Shown here: positions 41,117 through 50,742 of the stretch, in pieces
Layout: every line of letters starts with the position of its first letter
How positions within the stretch are numbered: position 1 is the stretch's first letter
From: an uncultured candidate division Zixibacteria bacterium
GTDB taxonomy: Bacteria > Zixibacteria > MSB-5A5 > GN15 > FEB-12
DNA length: 64,000 bases
NCBI GenBank assembly: GCA_963664195.1
Contig: OY760907.1
Span: 2,080,001 to 2,144,000 of the forward strand
Reading direction: 5' to 3'
Made by a program: the position numbers and the translations under genes
Notes under the pieces: generated by a model
Told to the model about the DNA's origin: nothing
What the model saw: the letters and a program-made list of their open reading frames with translations, nothing else
Database searches by the model: none

Positions 41117-44100
41117 CTATTTAAGGAGCATCATCTTCTTTGTCTCAGTGTAGGTATCGGCACTGAGGCGGTAGAAGTACACTCCCGAGGCTGCCTGATC
41201 GCCGGAATTATCGCGGCCATCCCAGACAACCTGCGTCTCGCCAGCTTCAGCCTGACCGTTGAACGGCGTGGCAATCAAGCGACCGAGGACGTTGAACACC
41301 TCGACTTTCGCGTGGCCGGCCTGCGGCATAGCGAAACTGATCGTGGTGGTCGGGTTGAACGGGTTCGGATAGTTCTGGACCAGCGAGTATTCGGTAGGCA
41401 GGTTTGCACCCTTGCCGGCGGTCAGCGGACCAACTTCGATCCGGCTGCCGTTGTCAGCCATTGTGAACGTCTCGTTGGAGCGAACATCGTCGATCATCAG
41501 GTAGAACTCATCACCGGATACCACACCGTTGACTTCCTCTGAACCGTCGGCATAAACCGGCATGAAGCCGAACTTGCCGTCGGTGGAGAGTGTGAAGCTG
41601 CCGATCAGCTTATCGTTGTCAGCGGCATGGGCCGTGATTGTGGCGCCGGATGCAACCGTCTTGCCGTCGAGCGTGAGGGCCGAAGAGTACAGGTTGATCC
41701 AGTTTGTTGTCGTAACAACACCGGCATCACGAGAGTTGACCTTGCTGGTCTGCGAGGCCACGGAAGTCGCGAAGACCTCTCCGCCGCCGACCATGCCCGG
41801 ATACATCAGGGTGCCGTTGTCAGTTACCTTGACCCAGTAGCCGTTGCACGGATACAGGTCCGCAAGCGTATTGAAACCGCCGCCATCCGGACGGTAAAGC
41901 TGAATACCGAGGTCGGTGTCGAAACCGTAGGCAACGGTGAGCATGTCGTGTATGGAGGCCAGACCGAGGTCGGCTGTCATGTCGATTTCTGGCAAGTAGG
42001 AAACGAGGTTCCAGCCGGCAGTAACCGGGATCGGTGTCGTTTCCGGCACCGGCAGACCAACCGTGGTCAGTGTTACTTCGGCAACCTCGTCCTTCACGCG
42101 AATCCAGTAGCCACTCAGGTGGTCCACACGGTGAAGAGTCGAGAATTCCGGAAGTTCCGGATCGTAGGTCAGACCGCCCTGTTCGAAGCCAAGGACCACA
42201 TCGATATCAGCCATGATCGGGCCGAGGACGTCGAGGATGGCATCGGTGTCGGTATTGACATTCCAGCTGACAAGGTTCCAGCCGGATACGAGCGAGCATT
42301 CTTTTTCGGTCGTGCCGCGAACTTCGAGACATACCGCCATGTACTCGTCGTTGGTCGCAGGATACTCGGTGTTGCCCATGGCAACAGCCGGGAGTCCGTT
42401 GATAGTGAAGCTGATGATATCGCCGGTCATGGCACCGTTGTCGTCGAGGTCGCTGTTGCCGCGATAGACCGGCATGAAGCCGTACTTACCGCGTTCGATG
42501 ACGGTTTTCTGACCAACCAGCAGGCCGTCCTGCGTGTGGGCTTCGACTACCGCTCCGATCGGCAGCAAACCGCCGAAATACATGTTTTCGCCGCTTGGGC
42601 AGTAGTAGTCTACCCACTCGCTAGGCGTGACATACGGGTAATCCGGAATCGGATTGAGGACAATCATGATGCCCTTCTCGCCGAAGTTAATGTCTTCGAC
42701 AACACCCGGATAGTAACCATCCATGTAGGCGTACACATCGAACGGAACATTCATGATGCCGTCGAAGGCAAATGAACCGATGCCGGAGGAAGTGGTGCTC
42801 ATAGTGACATCGTCAATCGGGAAGTTGTCCCAGAGTTCGACGGTAGCGCCGACGATTTCGTTCATGTCAGGATCGACCACGTAACCGCAGACGAAGTTTG
42901 AGGCCGAACCAACAATGATGTTGCCCGGGATGTATTCAGGGATATCCGTCTCCGAGCCTTCACCGCAGTTGCGGGTGAAGGAGACGTCGGTGTCGGCATT
43001 GCAGGTGATGGCGTAAGTGCCGTCCTCGATTTCACACTCGAGCGTGAAGTAGAGGTTGGCCCAGAGCTGCTGCGAACCGATCGGGACGAGCGATTGCGTG
43101 CCCACGTTGGCCGTGATGCTTACCGCGTTCATGCCCCCGTCAATCGTGGCGACCTTGTCGTCGACATACTCGATAGCCGAACCGACGAAAGACACAGAGT
43201 CGAGCAGCACGCCCGGTCCCTGCCACTGGAGGCTTACTGAGAGTCCTTCAAGCTGACAGCTATTGGAGAAGACCACCGGCACGGCAACATTGTGCTGACC
43301 CGGTACGGCCGGAGTGTTGACCACGATAACCGTATCGGCACTCGGCGGACGGTAGACGGTCACGTTGGCGACCAGCATGATCTGCGATGTGCAGTCGACG
43401 CCTTCTTCAAGAGACGCACCGAGGATGACAGTCGTATCTGCATACGTGCCTTCGGTGTCAAACATGTGCGCGTAGGCAAATCCGACGGTGGCCGGGGTTT
43501 CGCCGGAGCCGGTGCCGAAAGCGAAGTAGTCAGTGGCGATCGTCGTGAACCCGAGTTCCTCGGGACGACTTGAAGTCAGAGCCAGGTTGCCATTCAGCTC
43601 GGCGGTTTCACCGGCGAATATCTGAATGTCAAATGCAGTGGCGTCTTCAGTCATGAGAACCGGGCATTCGTTGACGGTCAAATGGATTCTAACCCACATA
43701 TTCGGGTTCTCCGCGTCAGGAGCCTCGACCTTGATCGAGTCAAGATAGGTTCCCGGAGCGAGACCGGAGTACAAGGCGTTAACGGTGGCTGTACCCGGCG
43801 TCATGCCGGTAGTATCAGCAACGGAAATCCAGCCGGCACCCGGCGCGAGGAAGTACTCGATCGCCGTTCCGCCGACTTCGGTAATGTTAAAGGTCTGACC
43901 GTCGAGCGACGCGGCGCCCTGGTAGACCTCAAAATACAACTCGGCGGGGTCCACAGCCAGAATCTTGGCCGGTTCGACTACATCGAGATTGACGACAACA
44001 AACACCGGCTCAAGCTCTTCCGGTGCCAGAGTCTTCAGATTGGTCAGCGTACCTATGTTCGGCGCGATAGTGATCGTGTCCGTGTACGAACCGACCAGAA

Positions 44101-45739
44101 GACCCGCGATATCCACTTCGACAGTCACATCAGTCGGAGTAGTACCGGAGGTCGGGGTAGCGGAGAACCAGGTCGCATCTTCAGTGACTGTGAAGCCGAC
44201 GAGGCTGCCATCACTGACGGATACGTTAAAGGCCTTGGATGGCGGATTCGTCGTATTGACGATAGCCGTGAAGTCCAGCACGCCCGGTGTGACACGGAAG
44301 CCGTCGATGTCAGTCACTACTATAGTGATTGCCTCGTCAGCAGAAGCGTCGCCGTCGGTGACGGTGAACGTTACCGGGTAGTTGCCGGATTCCGTGTTGG
44401 TCGGAGTCCAGTCAAAGGTACCGGTGCCGTCTCCGTTGTCGACGAAGGTCGCGGTGCCCGGAAGAGTGCTGGTGGTCAGCGTCAAAGCGTCGTCGTCAAG
44501 ATCGGACGCCGTAACGGTGAAATTCAGGTTGGCTTCTTCGTCAACCATCTGATCGCCAATCGCGGTAAGTTCCGGAGCGCGGTTGACGTTGAACACTGTA
44601 ATGGTAATCGCTTCGTCGTCCGTCAGATCACCGTCAGAAGCCGTGAAAGTGATCGGGTAGGCTCCGGCCTGAGTGAAATCAGGGGTCCAGCTGAAGTCAG
44701 CGGTTCCGTTACCGTTGTCGACAAAGGTCGCTCCGGTCGGGAGAGTGCTTGACAGAATGTCCGGGACGGTAGCGTCAGGATCGCTGGCGGTCACGGTGAA
44801 CGCGATCAGCGTATTTTCGTCACCGCTCTTGTCGCCAATGGGATCCAGAACCGGTTCCTGGTTACCCTGGGTGACAATCAGGTTTACGTTGACCGTGGCT
44901 ACATTGCCGGCACCGTCGGAGGTCACATTGATCTGGGCCGGGTGAGTACCGACCCCAAGGCCTGTGGTACTGATGTCGACAGTTACTGTGCCGGGAGTCG
45001 AGTTCTCGGCATTGCCGAGAACAACCCAGTCTTCGGAGGCGGTGGCGCTATAGGCGATGGCGTCGTCGCTCGCTTCAGAGACCAGGAATGACTGCTGCGG
45101 AGCAGTGCCACCGATCTCAGCTTCGAAATTCAATACCGTAGGGTCAACCGCCAGTGTGCCGAGTTGCGGTGCATCAGGATCGCCCACGCAGTGGAGGCCG
45201 GCAAAGTACGGTTTGTATTCCACATTGGTGGCGTTATCCACGAAGCTGGTTATGGTGCTGCCACTGAAGACGATACTGTCAATGCAGATCGAATCAAGCA
45301 CAGACCAGTCGGAGAGGGTGAACTCATACGTTGCCAAATGCGTCCGACCCTCACCCGCAGCAATGCCGGGGCCGAACATGCGTGATGCACCGAACTGAAA
45401 GTATCGATAAGCATTGGAGCTATCAATATCGTTTTTGTAATAGAGGAATTTGAGGAAGTTAAATGCCGAGATGGCTTCGGGCGTCATTTCAGCATTGACC
45501 AACTGCAGATTGGGGTTATCCCACACAAATCCAATGCCTACAGAGGCAACATCGTTGGAATCGTTGAAGATGAACATATCCATGGTGAAAGTGGAATCAT
45601 CGCCGTTGACTGACGGCTGTGTTAACTCCACCAGAATGGAGTCACGTGCGCCCAGATCGGCCTCACTTTGTTGAGCAAACGCAGGTACACTCAACAGGGC
45701 GAACAGAAACGCAATGCAAAGGGTCGTTTTGAGATTCAT
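41117..45739 (-). CDS. Large modular surface protein (cohesin-like, BACON-like, cadherin/Ig-like, GWNLVS repeats, T9SS/FlgD-like CTD)
   Basis: CAGGAGG RBS; signal peptide; three V.P..L.F...W....G.TP modules; two N..P.L..IGD...ATFVDNG.GT..F.WTP modules; two GWNLVS repeats; LVQNYPNPFNP...KKMMLLK. Confidence 0.9.
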   Translation of the reverse strand: MNLKTTLCIAFLFALLSVPAFAQQSEADLGARDSILVELTQPSVNGDDSTFTMDMFIFNDSNDVASVGIGFVWDNPNLQLVNAEMTPEAISAFNFLKFLYYKNDIDSSNAYRYFQFGASRMFGPGIAAGEGRTHLATYEFTLSDWSVLDSICIDSIVFSGSTITSFVDNATNVEYKPYFAGLHCVGDPDAPQLGTLAVDPTVLNFEAEIGGTAPQQSFLVSEASDDAIAYSATASEDWVVLGNAENSTPGTVTVDISTTGLGVGTHPAQINVTSDGAGNVATVNVNLIVTQGNQEPVLDPIGDKSGDENTLIAFTVTASDPDATVPDILSSTLPTGATFVDNGNGTADFSWTPDFTQAGAYPITFTASDGDLTDDEAITITVFNVNRAPELTAIGDQMVDEEANLNFTVTASDLDDDALTLTTSTLPGTATFVDNGDGTGTFDWTPTNTESGNYPVTFTVTDGDASADEAITIVVTDIDGFRVTPGVLDFTAIVNTTNPPSKAFNVSVSDGSLVGFTVTEDATWFSATPTSGTTPTDVTVEVDIAGLLVGSYTDTITIAPNIGTLTNLKTLAPEELEPVFVVVNLDVVEPAKILAVDPAELYFEVYQGAASLDGQTFNITEVGGTAIEYFLAPGAGWISVADTTGMTPGTATVNALYSGLAPGTYLDSIKVEAPDAENPNMWVRIHLTVNECPVLMTEDATAFDIQIFAGETAELNGNLALTSSRPEELGFTTIATDYFAFGTGSGETPATVGFAYAHMFDTEGTYADTTVILGASLEEGVDCTSQIMLVANVTVYRPPSADTVIVVNTPAVPGQHNVAVPVVFSNSCQLEGLSVSLQWQGPGVLLDSVSFVGSAIEYVDDKVATIDGGMNAVSITANVGTQSLVPIGSQQLWANLYFTLECEIEDGTYAITCNADTDVSFTRNCGEGSETDIPEYIPGNIIVGSASNFVCGYVVDPDMNEIVGATVELWDNFPIDDVTMSTTSSGIGSFAFDGIMNVPFDVYAYMDGYYPGVVEDINFGEKGIMIVLNPIPDYPYVTPSEWVDYYCPSGENMYFGGLLPIGAVVEAHTQDGLLVGQKTVIERGKYGFMPVYRGNSDLDDNGAMTGDIISFTINGLPAVAMGNTEYPATNDEYMAVCLEVRGTTEKECSLVSGWNLVSWNVNTDTDAILDVLGPIMADIDVVLGFEQGGLTYDPELPEFSTLHRVDHLSGYWIRVKDEVAEVTLTTVGLPVPETTPIPVTAGWNLVSYLPEIDMTADLGLASIHDMLTVAYGFDTDLGIQLYRPDGGGFNTLADLYPCNGYWVKVTDNGTLMYPGMVGGGEVFATSVASQTSKVNSRDAGVVTTTNWINLYSSALTLDGKTVASGATITAHAADNDKLIGSFTLSTDGKFGFMPVYADGSEEVNGVVSGDEFYLMIDDVRSNETFTMADNGSRIEVGPLTAGKGANLPTEYSLVQNYPNPFNPTTTISFAMPQAGHAKVEVFNVLGRLIATPFNGQAEAGETQVVWDGRDNSGDQAASGVYFYRLSADTYTETKKMMLLK

Positions 45740-46150
45740 TCCGAAACAGACCTCCTGAACAGGTTTATAATCACTAATCTAAACTGTTTATCTTTTGCTT
45801 GTCATCGGCCCCAGACCGACTTCCCCCGGTAGGACAAACCAACCGGGTGTTATTATGGCCCGCCAATCCCTACAGCAGGACGGGACTCAAGCGCCGTATG
45901 TGCAAACCGGGCAGACATTAACTGCCACAGAAGTACTGATCTGCGGAGTAACCACTCCCCGATAGATCAAGACCCGGAGGTCCAGCGCCTCAATTAACCC
46001 ACAATTCGTTAGACCAAATGAAGTAACTGTGAATTTTCGCGGAAAAGATGTAACCCAGCTTTCCCTTTATCAACCGCTCCAAATATACGACAAACCGGTT
46101 GATTGTCAAGGTATTAAGGGTTTTTGGGCTTGTAGAAAAGCTGCACACCC

Positions 46151-46534
46151 TTAGTCGCTGGATGGCCTTATTCCGTTGTACCACAGTCTGATAGCCCCAA
46201 GAACCATGATGCCGCTCAAGATGTCCGTCAGAATATCGAAAATATCCCAGTGCCTTCCAGGCGTGTAGTATTGTACTAACTCATCCAGAAAGGAAAACAT
46301 GAGCATACAAATCAGCGTCGCGATGTAGGCGCCCCAACCGTTCCTGCGGGGAGGCAGATTGGAAAGAGAGCGAAAAGCAAGAAATGCGAACAGGGCGTAT
46401 TCGACGAAATGGGCGACCTTGTCGAAAGCCAGAAAGCGTATCTCCGGAGTCCTGAGATTAGGAATGGAGGATACCGTCAGGATCAGCGATCCGTAGAGAA
46501 TGACCGGCAGATGATACAGTAAGAATTTTTTCAT
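46151..46534 (-). CDS. VanZ-family membrane protein
   Basis: DKVAHFVEY, DELVQYYTPGR, DILTD. Confidence 0.88.
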   Translation of the reverse strand: MKKFLLYHLPVILYGSLILTVSSIPNLRTPEIRFLAFDKVAHFVEYALFAFLAFRSLSNLPPRRNGWGAYIATLICMLMFSFLDELVQYYTPGRHWDIFDILTDILSGIMVLGAIRLWYNGIRPSSD

Positions 46535-46715
46535 TTTGCACAAAGTCTGTCAGTTGTCTTGGCATGTGTACCGGATTGCCCTTCGGGTGTCAAGGAGTAT
46601 TACGTTTTCTCATCGAAGAGAACCCTGTTCTGTTTTTTTGTAGATTTCTGACGTGCAGTCTCCGTATATAGTGTCCAACATTATGCCAGATATCCCAAAT
46701 ACAGCCGGTTTTGGT

Positions 46716-47705
46716 ATGAACGCCAAGTTGCGCCGGGTAATCCTGACTTCTTTCGTCGGTGTCTCGGCGGGGGTGATTGGATTCATGTTCCTCGAGGACA
46801 TGGACCCGCTCTCGGCGCTTTATATGACGATCATAACGCTCTCGACCGTGGGGTTCGGCGAGGTCACCCCCTTGAGCACGGGCGGGCGAGTGTTTGTCAT
46901 ATTCTTGATCGTATTCGGCGTAGCGATAGCTGGTACGGTTGTTTCTTACATAAGTGAACAGGTGCTCGGGGGGGAGTTTAAGCACTTGGTGACGAGGAGA
47001 AAAATGCAAGCCAAGCTCAAGAAGATGTCCAACCACTACATAATCGCCGGCTTTGGCCGTGTGGGCCATGAGGTTGCGCGACAGTTTGTGGGAAAGAACG
47101 TGCCGTTCATCGTTGTCGAGAGAGACATTGCCTTGATCGATCTGGTCGTTGGCGAAGGTATGGTCCCCCTGGCCGGCGATGCAACCGACGACGACGTCCT
47201 GCTTGAGGCGGGAATCAAGCGTGCCCATACGCTGATTTCGACCCTTCCGGAAGAGGCCCAGAATGTCTATCTGACCCTCACGGCTCGTCACATGAACCCG
47301 GATTTGAACATCATTGCGCGTGCCGATTTCATCGAGGGCGAGAAGAAGTTGCTTCGGGCTGGCGCAAATCATGTTGTTATCCCGCACGTACTTGGCGGTG
47401 TTCGGATGGCCAAGGCGGCACTTCAGCCACACGTTGTTGATTTCATGGAAATGGCTACGGTCGGCGGGGAAGGCCTGATTGTCGAGGAGTTTTCAGTTCC
47501 CGAGGGATCCCCGCTGGCCAACCAGACATTGGCGGAGTCCAATCTGAAGCAGAGGTACGGGATAACGATTATCGGCATCAAGGAGCCGGGGGAGCGGATG
47601 GATATCAATCCGTCGGCCACAACATCGCTTAACCCACGGGATGTTCTGGTGCTAATCGGCCGGAGCGAGGACCTTGAGCAGCTGGGCAGGGATATGGAGG
47701 GTTAA
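46716..47705 (+). CDS. Potassium channel with RCK (TrkA-N/TrkA-C) domains
   Basis: TLSTVGFGE filter, HYIIAGFGRVG, GDATDD, IIARA; start may be 46683. Confidence 0.92.
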   Translation: MNAKLRRVILTSFVGVSAGVIGFMFLEDMDPLSALYMTIITLSTVGFGEVTPLSTGGRVFVIFLIVFGVAIAGTVVSYISEQVLGGEFKHLVTRRKMQAKLKKMSNHYIIAGFGRVGHEVARQFVGKNVPFIVVERDIALIDLVVGEGMVPLAGDATDDDVLLEAGIKRAHTLISTLPEEAQNVYLTLTARHMNPDLNIIARADFIEGEKKLLRAGANHVVIPHVLGGVRMAKAALQPHVVDFMEMATVGGEGLIVEEFSVPEGSPLANQTLAESNLKQRYGITIIGIKEPGERMDINPSATTSLNPRDVLVLIGRSEDLEQLGRDMEG

Positions 47706-47765
47706 CCTGCAGGCGACGCTCTCCGTGGATTTTGTCAACAACGTGGCAATCCGATCTATAATACC

Positions 47766-47794
47766 TTGCAAAACAGGGCGCAATTCTCTATCCT
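47766..47794 (+). promoter_or_regulatory. Putative sigma70 promoter of the symporter gene
   Basis: TTGCAA-N17-TATCCT. Confidence 0.45.
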
Positions 47795-48039
47795 GTTAGA
47801 CTATTGCATTTTTCGGCAGCGGGTCCTCAAGGAGGACGCCGGAACATTGTGATAGTAGTATAAGCGGGCGGCAAAGATCGCCCTGAATAACACGATTGAG
47901 CGACCATCACGACAGGCGTTTGGAAACAGCCGATGAACATATGCCGGCGGGCGCAAGGAACACCGGTAGCCAGTATCATTGACCGGTAGAGAGGTCGCCA
48001 ACCAAAGGAGAGACTACGGACTGGTATCGTAGAACTCAC

Positions 48040-50562
48040 ATGACGGTTAAAACCACAAACGTGATTCCGGTCGGGATGCTGTTGGGTGTCATCATCGGCG
48101 CGGGACTCGGGTACTACAAACCCGAATGGATGCTTGCCATGGGTTTCATCGGCGAGCTGTTCGTGAACGCCCTTCGTATTATTGTTCTTCCGTTGATTGT
48201 CTCGACTATCATTGTCGGGATGGCGTCGCTCGGCGACCTTCGCAAACTCGGCCGCACCGGACTTCAGGTGCTCTACTACTTTCTGGCCACTTCGGTGGCG
48301 GCGGTTGTCATCGGATTGATTCTGGCCGTGGTTATCGGTCCCGGCCGTGGGCTTGAATTGACGGCGTCTCCGGTCGGGGCGCCGAACATCGGGACAATCG
48401 GGGGTATGCTGGGCAACTTGATCCCGGCCGATTTCATCAGATCCATTGCCACGGGGAGTTTCATTGGCCTGATAGTTTTCTCTCTAGTTTTCGGCTCTCT
48501 GGTGTCCACTCTCGGGCCTCGGGCCAGAGCGGTGGTGTCGTTCTTCAAGGAAGTGCGGGATGTTGTCCTGAAAATCACCTGGTTGCTGTTGTACGCAGCG
48601 CCGTTTGGTGTGCTCTTCCTGGTGGCAACCTCAGTAGCCTCGGGCCGCGGGAGTCTTCAGGAAATCGCTCCAGGAATGGGCCTGTTTGTCCTGACTCTTG
48701 TAATCGGGCTTCTGCTTCACGGTCTTCTGTTGGTGGTTTTAGGGGTGCGATATTTCGGAAATCAACCGGTTTTCGAGTTCATTCGCAATTTGGCTCCGGC
48801 TCTTTTCACTGCTATGGGGACTGCGTCTTCATCGGCTACGCTGCCGGTGACCTACGATTGCGTGGTGGATCAGAACCAGATCGGGCATCGGGCAGGTTCG
48901 TATGTGTTGCCGCTCGGTTCGGTAATAAATCTGAATGGCAGCGCATTGTACATCATTGTGGCCTCAGTCTTCATCGCCCAGGCCTACGGAGTTGATCTTG
49001 CCTGGTATCAGTTACTCGGGCTGGCGCTGGGCGCTTCCGTCATATCCATTGGGGCTGCCGGAACCCCGAACGGTGCGGCCTTCATGCTCCTTATGGTTAT
49101 GGGGGTGATCGGATTTCCGAACGAAGCCATGGTGGCCGGGTTTAGTTTGATATTTGTGCTTGATTGGCTGCTGGATCGTATGCGGACACCTATCAACGTT
49201 CTCGGTGACGCGGTGGGCGCCTCGGTTTTGAGTGAGAGTTTTGAATTGAAGACTGTCCGCCGGACCGGCTCAGACAGAAAGCCTGACCGGGGCCGTTCGT
49301 CTGACCGCGGCAGGAGACAGGACCGTGGGCGCTCGGCCGATCGTGGCCGAGGAGGCCGTCCGGATTCCCGCGACAGCCGCGGCGGTAGACCGGACCGTCG
49401 GGGAAGCGACCGTCGACCATCGGACCGGCGCGACACAGGCCGCAGGACCGAGTCACCGTCTTCGGGAGGACAGCGCGGCAGAACTGCCCGTCCGACCGAC
49501 TCACCGTTTGCGATAAGGGCTGCCGGTGACCCGTTGCTGGTGGAGGCGGCGCCTTCGGTCAAACCAGCCGAAGAGAATCAGCGCGGAGTTGACCGTCGCG
49601 GTCCGAAACGGGACGACAGTCAGCGCGGTGACTCAGACTCCTCCCAGAGGCGGGATGGTGCTCCCCAGGGCAGAGAACGTCGACAATCACGTCGCAAGCC
49701 CGATGAGAATTCTCCTCGCCGACGGTCCTCAGACCGTGCACATACGGATGAGCCGGTCGAGGCAGCTCCCGAAAAGAGAGAGCGCACGGCCGAGAGGTCA
49801 ACGGGACGTGGTCGTGACAGCCGCGGTCGTAGTGGTGACAGCCGTCGTCAGCCACCTCGGAAGGCGCCGATCGTAGCAGAAGAGCACGCCGAGATTGTCG
49901 AGGAACAGGTTGAAACGCAACCTCGTGCCGCTGAGCGATCCAGTCGTGGCCGTCTTAATCCGGCAACCGTCGCCCGGGAACTGGCAAAGGTCACGGCGCA
50001 ACTGAAGAGCGATGACTCCCCCGGGGAAACCGGACAGGCTGAGGAGACTCCGCGGCCGGAGCCGAGAAAGCCTGAGAGACAAGAGCGTGAACCGAAACAG
50101 GCAATCGAGCCTGAGGTTTCGGAGACGAAAGAAACCACCCCCGCGGCTGAAGAGAGTACGTCGGGATCGGATGCTCCAAGAGAGCCGCAACGACGCACCA
50201 TGCGTCACCGACGCGTCACGCGCAGACCGGCCGCAACTGCCAATAGAGAATCCAAAGAGGAGCCGGCAACGAGCGCTCCAGTGGCTGAGAAGCCTGTCGC
50301 TGAGAAGAAAGCGGCGGTCGAAGAAAAGCCGATCGTTGCGGAGAAATCGACAGAGAAATCGGTTGAGGAGCAGAAACCGAAAGCCGAATCAGAGGCGACG
50401 TCCGATACCCGGTTCGGCAGGAGCCGATCCAAGCGTCGTGGCGGATCAAAACCGGCCGCGCAAGCGCCGGTCGGACCGGCGAACGAGAAACCGGCAGTTG
50501 ATGTCAGCTACTCGACCGAGCAGGCCTCGTTCGGACGTAGCAAAAAGAAGCGAGTGCGATAA
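48040..50562 (+). CDS. Dicarboxylate/amino acid:cation symporter (SDF/GltP family) with a long disordered C-terminal tail
   Basis: TASSSATLP (HP1), LPLG..INLNGSALY (TM7), SIGAAG.P (HP2), DWLLDRMRTPINVLGD (TM8); residues about 405-840 are low-complexity R/D/E/S/P/G. Confidence 0.9.
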   Translation: MTVKTTNVIPVGMLLGVIIGAGLGYYKPEWMLAMGFIGELFVNALRIIVLPLIVSTIIVGMASLGDLRKLGRTGLQVLYYFLATSVAAVVIGLILAVVIGPGRGLELTASPVGAPNIGTIGGMLGNLIPADFIRSIATGSFIGLIVFSLVFGSLVSTLGPRARAVVSFFKEVRDVVLKITWLLLYAAPFGVLFLVATSVASGRGSLQEIAPGMGLFVLTLVIGLLLHGLLLVVLGVRYFGNQPVFEFIRNLAPALFTAMGTASSSATLPVTYDCVVDQNQIGHRAGSYVLPLGSVINLNGSALYIIVASVFIAQAYGVDLAWYQLLGLALGASVISIGAAGTPNGAAFMLLMVMGVIGFPNEAMVAGFSLIFVLDWLLDRMRTPINVLGDAVGASVLSESFELKTVRRTGSDRKPDRGRSSDRGRRQDRGRSADRGRGGRPDSRDSRGGRPDRRGSDRRPSDRRDTGRRTESPSSGGQRGRTARPTDSPFAIRAAGDPLLVEAAPSVKPAEENQRGVDRRGPKRDDSQRGDSDSSQRRDGAPQGRERRQSRRKPDENSPRRRSSDRAHTDEPVEAAPEKRERTAERSTGRGRDSRGRSGDSRRQPPRKAPIVAEEHAEIVEEQVETQPRAAERSSRGRLNPATVARELAKVTAQLKSDDSPGETGQAEETPRPEPRKPERQEREPKQAIEPEVSETKETTPAAEESTSGSDAPREPQRRTMRHRRVTRRPAATANRESKEEPATSAPVAEKPVAEKKAAVEEKPIVAEKSTEKSVEEQKPKAESEATSDTRFGRSRSKRRGGSKPAAQAPVGPANEKPAVDVSYSTEQASFGRSKKKRVR

Positions 50563-50648
50563 GGCACGGTAGAATTCTGGCAGAGGGTCGGGCAGGTTGC
50601 CCGGCCCGTTCTGTCTGGGGTAACGAGTAGGAAGCTACCCGTTTTTTC

Positions 50649-50673
50649 GGAACTTTGCCGCGTGTGAATCGAT
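50649..50673 (+). promoter_or_regulatory. Putative ECF sigma-factor promoter of htpX
   Basis: GGAACTT..., GAAC-N16-CGAT. Confidence 0.45.
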
Positions 50674-50742
50674 ATACTCAGTGAGGAAAGTTGTTGATTT
50701 TCCTTCGAGTTGAAACAATGATTTGCACAGGCGAAAAGCTCT

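Noticed and set aside
47860..48000. c-di-GMP-I or glycine riboswitch
   Set aside because: GGCAAA, GAAA and GCAA elements occur, but not in the order and spacing of the known consensus; kept only as an unclassified leader.
50012..50572. Separate Arg-rich 186-aa protein in another frame
   Set aside because: Alternative-frame reading of the low-complexity symporter tail, with no clear RBS.
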